Assembly: GCA_963837165.1 (NCBI GenBank)
Contig: CAWIMD010000002.1
Location: 33,644-97,643, forward strand
Reading direction: 5' to 3'
From: Vicinamibacteria bacterium
GTDB lineage: Bacteria > Acidobacteriota > Vicinamibacteria > Vicinamibacterales > JAENWD01
Length of the DNA stretch: 64,000 bases
Shown: positions 61,146 through 64,000 of the stretch, in pieces
How positions within the stretch are numbered: position 1 is the stretch's first letter
Layout: each line of letters begins with the position of its first letter
Position numbers and translations under genes: made by a program
Notes under the pieces: model-generated
Seen by the model: the letters and a program-made list of their open reading frames with translations, nothing else
What the model was told of the DNA's origin: nothing
Databases searched by the model: none

Positions 61146-61218
61146 GGGGGGGGATCTGGGGATCTGGGGATCTGGGGGATCTGGGGATCTGGGGATCTGG
61201 GGGAATAGGGGAATAGGA
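61146..61218. repeat. 8-bp tandem array (GGGGATCT)x6 + (GGGGAATA)x2 filling the korA-korB spacer
   Basis: The array reads GGGGGGGATCT GGGGATCT GGGGATCT GGGGGATCT GGGGATCT GGGGATCT GGGGGAATA GGGGAATA GGA and ends directly at the ATG. Confidence 0.9.
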
Positions 61219-62271
61219 ATGACCACAACGACCGGCTCAGCACCGTCGCCGGGCAAGAAGGTAAACCGCATCGGCCTCGAGGTGTCCCAGTACCGGGGCA
61301 GCAAGACCACGCTCTGCGCCGGGTGCGGCCACAACGCGATCTCGGAGCGCATCATCGAGGCCTGCTTCGAGCTCGGCGTGGACGCGCATCGCGTGCTCAA
61401 GCTGTCGGGGATCGGCTGCTCGAGCAAGAGCCCTGCCTATTTCCTGAGCCAGTCGCATGGCTTCAACTCGGTGCACGGGCGCATGCCGTCGGTCGCCACG
61501 GGCGCGCTGCTCGCCAACCGGACGATGCTGGCGATTGGCGTGAGCGGCGACGGCGACACGGGCGCCATCGGGATCGGGCAGTTCGTGCACCTGATGCGGC
61601 GCAACCTGCCGCTGGTCTACATCATCGAGGACAACGGCTGCTACGGCCTCACGAAGGGGCAGTTCTCGCCCACGGCGGACCTCGGGTCCACGCTCAAGAG
61701 CGGGGTCGTCAACGACCTGCCGCCGATCGACACGTGCGCGCTGGCGATCGAGCTCGGCGCCACGTTCGTCGCCCGCTCCTTCTCGGGCGACAAGAAGCAG
61801 CTGCTCACGCTGCTCAAGGCCGCCCTGTCGCACAAGGGCACGGCCATGCTCGACGTGCTCTCGCCCTGCGTGACCTTCAACGATCACGAGGGCTCGACCA
61901 AGAGCTACGGCTATGTGAAGGACCACGAGGAGCCGCTCTCCGAGATCAGCTTCGTCCCGTACTTCGAGGACATCACCATCGAGTACGAGGAGGGGACGAC
62001 GCGCGAGGTGGTCCTGCACGACGGCTCCCGCATCTACCTGCGGAAGCTCGGCGCCGATTTCGACCCGACCCGCAAAGCCGAGTCGCTGCGCGTCATGCGC
62101 GAGACCGCGTCGCGCGGCGAGTACGCCACGGGGCTGCTGTACGTGGACGCGCAGAAGAAGGACTTCTGCTCGCTGCTGCACCTGGTGGACCAGCCGCTCG
62201 CCTCGCTGCCCACCGCGGTGACCCGGCCGCCCGAGTCCGTGCTGCACGAACTGATGGAGAAGCAGCGATAG
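61219..62271 (+). CDS. korB: 2-oxoglutarate/2-oxoacid:ferredoxin oxidoreductase beta subunit (TPP-binding)
   Basis: CAGCGH and the TPP motif GVSGDGDTGAIG...NGCYGLTKGQ are present. Confidence 0.85.
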   Translation: MTTTTGSAPSPGKKVNRIGLEVSQYRGSKTTLCAGCGHNAISERIIEACFELGVDAHRVLKLSGIGCSSKSPAYFLSQSHGFNSVHGRMPSVATGALLANRTMLAIGVSGDGDTGAIGIGQFVHLMRRNLPLVYIIEDNGCYGLTKGQFSPTADLGSTLKSGVVNDLPPIDTCALAIELGATFVARSFSGDKKQLLTLLKAALSHKGTAMLDVLSPCVTFNDHEGSTKSYGYVKDHEEPLSEISFVPYFEDITIEYEEGTTREVVLHDGSRIYLRKLGADFDPTRKAESLRVMRETASRGEYATGLLYVDAQKKDFCSLLHLVDQPLASLPTAVTRPPESVLHELMEKQR

Positions 62272-62274
62272 ATC

Positions 62275-62688
62275 ATGCAGCGCACCTTTGCGATCATCAA
62301 GCCCGACGCCGTGAAGGCGCGGCATGCGGGCCGGATCCTCCAGCGGATCGAGGAGGCCGGCTTCCGGGTCGTCGCCATGCGGCTGCAGCACCTGACCAAG
62401 CGCGAGGCCGAGGGCTTCTACGCCGTGCACCGCGCGCGCCCGTTCTTCGGGTCGCTCACCGATTTCATGTCCTCCGGCCCGTGCATCCTCATGTGCCTGG
62501 AGGGCCCCGAGGCGATTACGGCCTGGCGTACGTTGATGGGTGCCACCGATCCGGCCAAGGCGGACCCGGGCACGCTGCGGCGTGAGTTCGGCGCCTCGAT
62601 CGAGTTCAACGCCACGCACGGGTCCGACGCGCCGGAGACAGCGGCGTTCGAGCTCGGCTACTTCTTCCGGGGCATGGAGCTGGCCTAG
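62275..62688 (+). CDS. ndk: Nucleoside-diphosphate kinase
   Basis: ERTFAIIKPDAV-like (QRTFAIIKPDAV), GPCILMCLEG and NATHGSD (the active-site His) are present. Confidence 0.95.
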   Translation: MQRTFAIIKPDAVKARHAGRILQRIEEAGFRVVAMRLQHLTKREAEGFYAVHRARPFFGSLTDFMSSGPCILMCLEGPEAITAWRTLMGATDPAKADPGTLRREFGASIEFNATHGSDAPETAAFELGYFFRGMELA

Positions 62689-62696
62689 CGCCGCAC

Positions 62697-62891
62697 ATGG
62701 GGCGCGTCCTCGTCATCCTGGGCCTCGTGATTGCCGCCGTCGGCCTGGCGATGATGGCGGGCGTTCCCCTGGGCCGTCTGCCGGGCGACTTCACCGTCCG
62801 CCGCGGCGCGTTCACCTTCTATTTCCCGCTCGCCACGTCGATCCTGGTCAGCCTGCTGCTGACCCTGCTGCTGCAGTGGCTCCGCCGCTGA
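62697..62891 (+). CDS. DUF2905-family small membrane protein
   Basis: [34 protein letters not shown] is the family hallmark. Confidence 0.7.
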   Translation: MGRVLVILGLVIAAVGLAMMAGVPLGRLPGDFTVRRGAFTFYFPLATSILVSLLLTLLLQWLRR

Positions 62892-62916
62892 GGCCTCCCC
62901 GGAGACTCCCGCGCCC

Positions 62917-63471
62917 ATGAGCATCAAGCCCGATCGCTGGATCAAGCGCATGGCCCTCGAGCACGGCATGATCGAGCCGTTCGTCGAGGGGCAGGTTCGT
63001 GACCACGTCGTGTCGTACGGGCTGTCGTCCTACGGCTACGACATCCGAGTGGCCGACGAGTTCAAGGTGTTCACGAACGTCTACAGCACCGTCATCGACC
63101 CGAAGGACTTCGACCCGAAGTCTTTCGTGGACGTGAAGGCGGACGTCTGCATCATCCCGCCGAACTCCTTTGCCCTGGCGCGGACGATCGAGTACTTCCG
63201 GGTGCCGCGCGACACGCTGACCGTGTGTCTCGGCAAGTCCACCTACGCGCGGTGCGGCATCATCGTGAACGTCACGCCGTTCGAGCCCGAGTGGGAGGGG
63301 CACGTGACCATCGAGATCTCGAACACGACGCCCCTGCCGGCGAAGATCTACGCGAACGAAGGCATCGCGCAGGTCCTGTTCTTCCAGAGCGACGAGGTCT
63401 GCGAGATTTCGTACAGGGACAAGAAGGGCAAGTACCAGGCGCAGCGCGGGGTGACGCTGCCCAGGATCTGA
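62917..63471 (+). CDS. dcd: dCTP deaminase
   Basis: [40 protein letters not shown] and EISN are present. Confidence 0.9.
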   Translation: MSIKPDRWIKRMALEHGMIEPFVEGQVRDHVVSYGLSSYGYDIRVADEFKVFTNVYSTVIDPKDFDPKSFVDVKADVCIIPPNSFALARTIEYFRVPRDTLTVCLGKSTYARCGIIVNVTPFEPEWEGHVTIEISNTTPLPAKIYANEGIAQVLFFQSDEVCEISYRDKKGKYQAQRGVTLPRI

Positions 63472-64000
63472 TGGCATCCACCAAGCCGGCACGCGGCATG
63501 CGCGACTTCCTGCCCGAGGACGTCCGGCGGCGGGCGTACGTGCTCGGCATCGTCAGCGAGATCTACGAGCGCTACGGGTTCGAGCCGCTCGAGACGCCGG
63601 CCGTCGAGAACATCGAGACGCTGCTCGGGAAGTACGGGGAGGAAGGCGATCGCCTCATCTTCAAGATCCTGAAGCGCGGCGAGGAGGGGCAGAAGACCGG
63701 CGAGGCCGACCTCGCGCTCCGGTACGACCTCACGGTGCCGCTCGCGCGCGTCGTCGCGGAGCACCGCGGCACGCTGCCGAAGTACTTCAAGCGCTACCAG
63801 ATTCAGCCCGTGTGGCGCGCGGACCGGCCCCAGAAGGGCCGCTTCCGGGAGTTCTACCAGTGCGACGTGGACTCGATTGGATCCACCTCGCCCATCGTCG
63901 AGGCCGAAGTGTGCGCGGCCGTCAGTGACGTGCTCGAGCGGCTGGGGTTCACGGACTTCACTATTCGCCTGAACCACCGTGAAGTGCTGCGCGGGCTGCT
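63471..64000 (+). CDS. hisS: Histidine--tRNA ligase, 3' end cut by window edge
   Basis: GMRDFLPED, the LRYDLTVPLAR motif and YQIQPVWRADRPQKGRFREFYQCD are present. The start overlaps the dcd stop by 1 nt. Confidence 0.9.
   Translation, partial: MASTKPARGMRDFLPEDVRRRAYVLGIVSEIYERYGFEPLETPAVENIETLLGKYGEEGDRLIFKILKRGEEGQKTGEADLALRYDLTVPLARVVAEHRGTLPKYFKRYQIQPVWRADRPQKGRFREFYQCDVDSIGSTSPIVEAEVCAAVSDVLERLGFTDFTIRLNHREVLRGL

Noticed and set aside
61146-61218. Whether any of the tandem arrays (6794, 22913, 23587, 37552, 61146) is a CRISPR array.
   Set aside because: The units are only 7-9 bp and directly abut each other with no unique spacers. No cas genes are present in the window.

Overview
This is a high-G+C chromosomal segment. 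Single 60-nt spot counts give 68% G+C in a core gene (1021-1080) and 55% inside a low-G+C islet (27301-27360). The protein families suggest an Acidobacteriota-like soil bacterium, but that is inference without a database search. Supporting families are a Ser/Thr-kinase/TolB-propeller fusion, MacB/FtsX permeases, Tat-signal sugar-phosphate isomerase and GH42.

Most of the window is ordinary core metabolism and transport:
- a MacAB-like efflux module with a sigma54 two-component pair
- an ABC-2 exporter with a DesK/DesR-like pair
- sdhCAB, groES-groEL, sucCD-korAB-ndk-dcd-hisS and a class A PBP
- a GH42 locus and two paralogous Crp/Fnr regulators

Four things stand out.
1. Short tandem repeats. 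The heptamer RTGCGGA occurs at six loci. There are also a CAAYTCC/TTGGGAR heptamer hairpin, a 9-mer array and an 8-mer array. They fill whole intergenic spacers, including spacers inside the sdh and kor operons. At one locus inverted arrays bracket a four-helix-bundle gene (23S-rRNA-IVS/Avd family), giving an IVS-like cassette outside any rRNA.
2. Two copies of a roughly 270-320 bp imperfect palindromic element, each wedged between convergent genes.
3. A low-G+C islet (about 25.96-31.49 kb). It ends at the 3' end of tRNA-Lys(UUU). Its large serine recombinase ORF reads 38 nt into the tRNA gene. The zone to the right of the tRNA holds decayed genes.
4. A divergent pair: a PI3/PI4-kinase-like protein with an N-terminal signal or anchor, and a winged-helix/FHA regulator.

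I do not see a clear, complete defence or secondary-metabolite system. The repeat-bracketed cassette and the repeat family are my best candidates for something undescribed. All functional calls rest on motif recognition by eye. No searches or folding computations were run.
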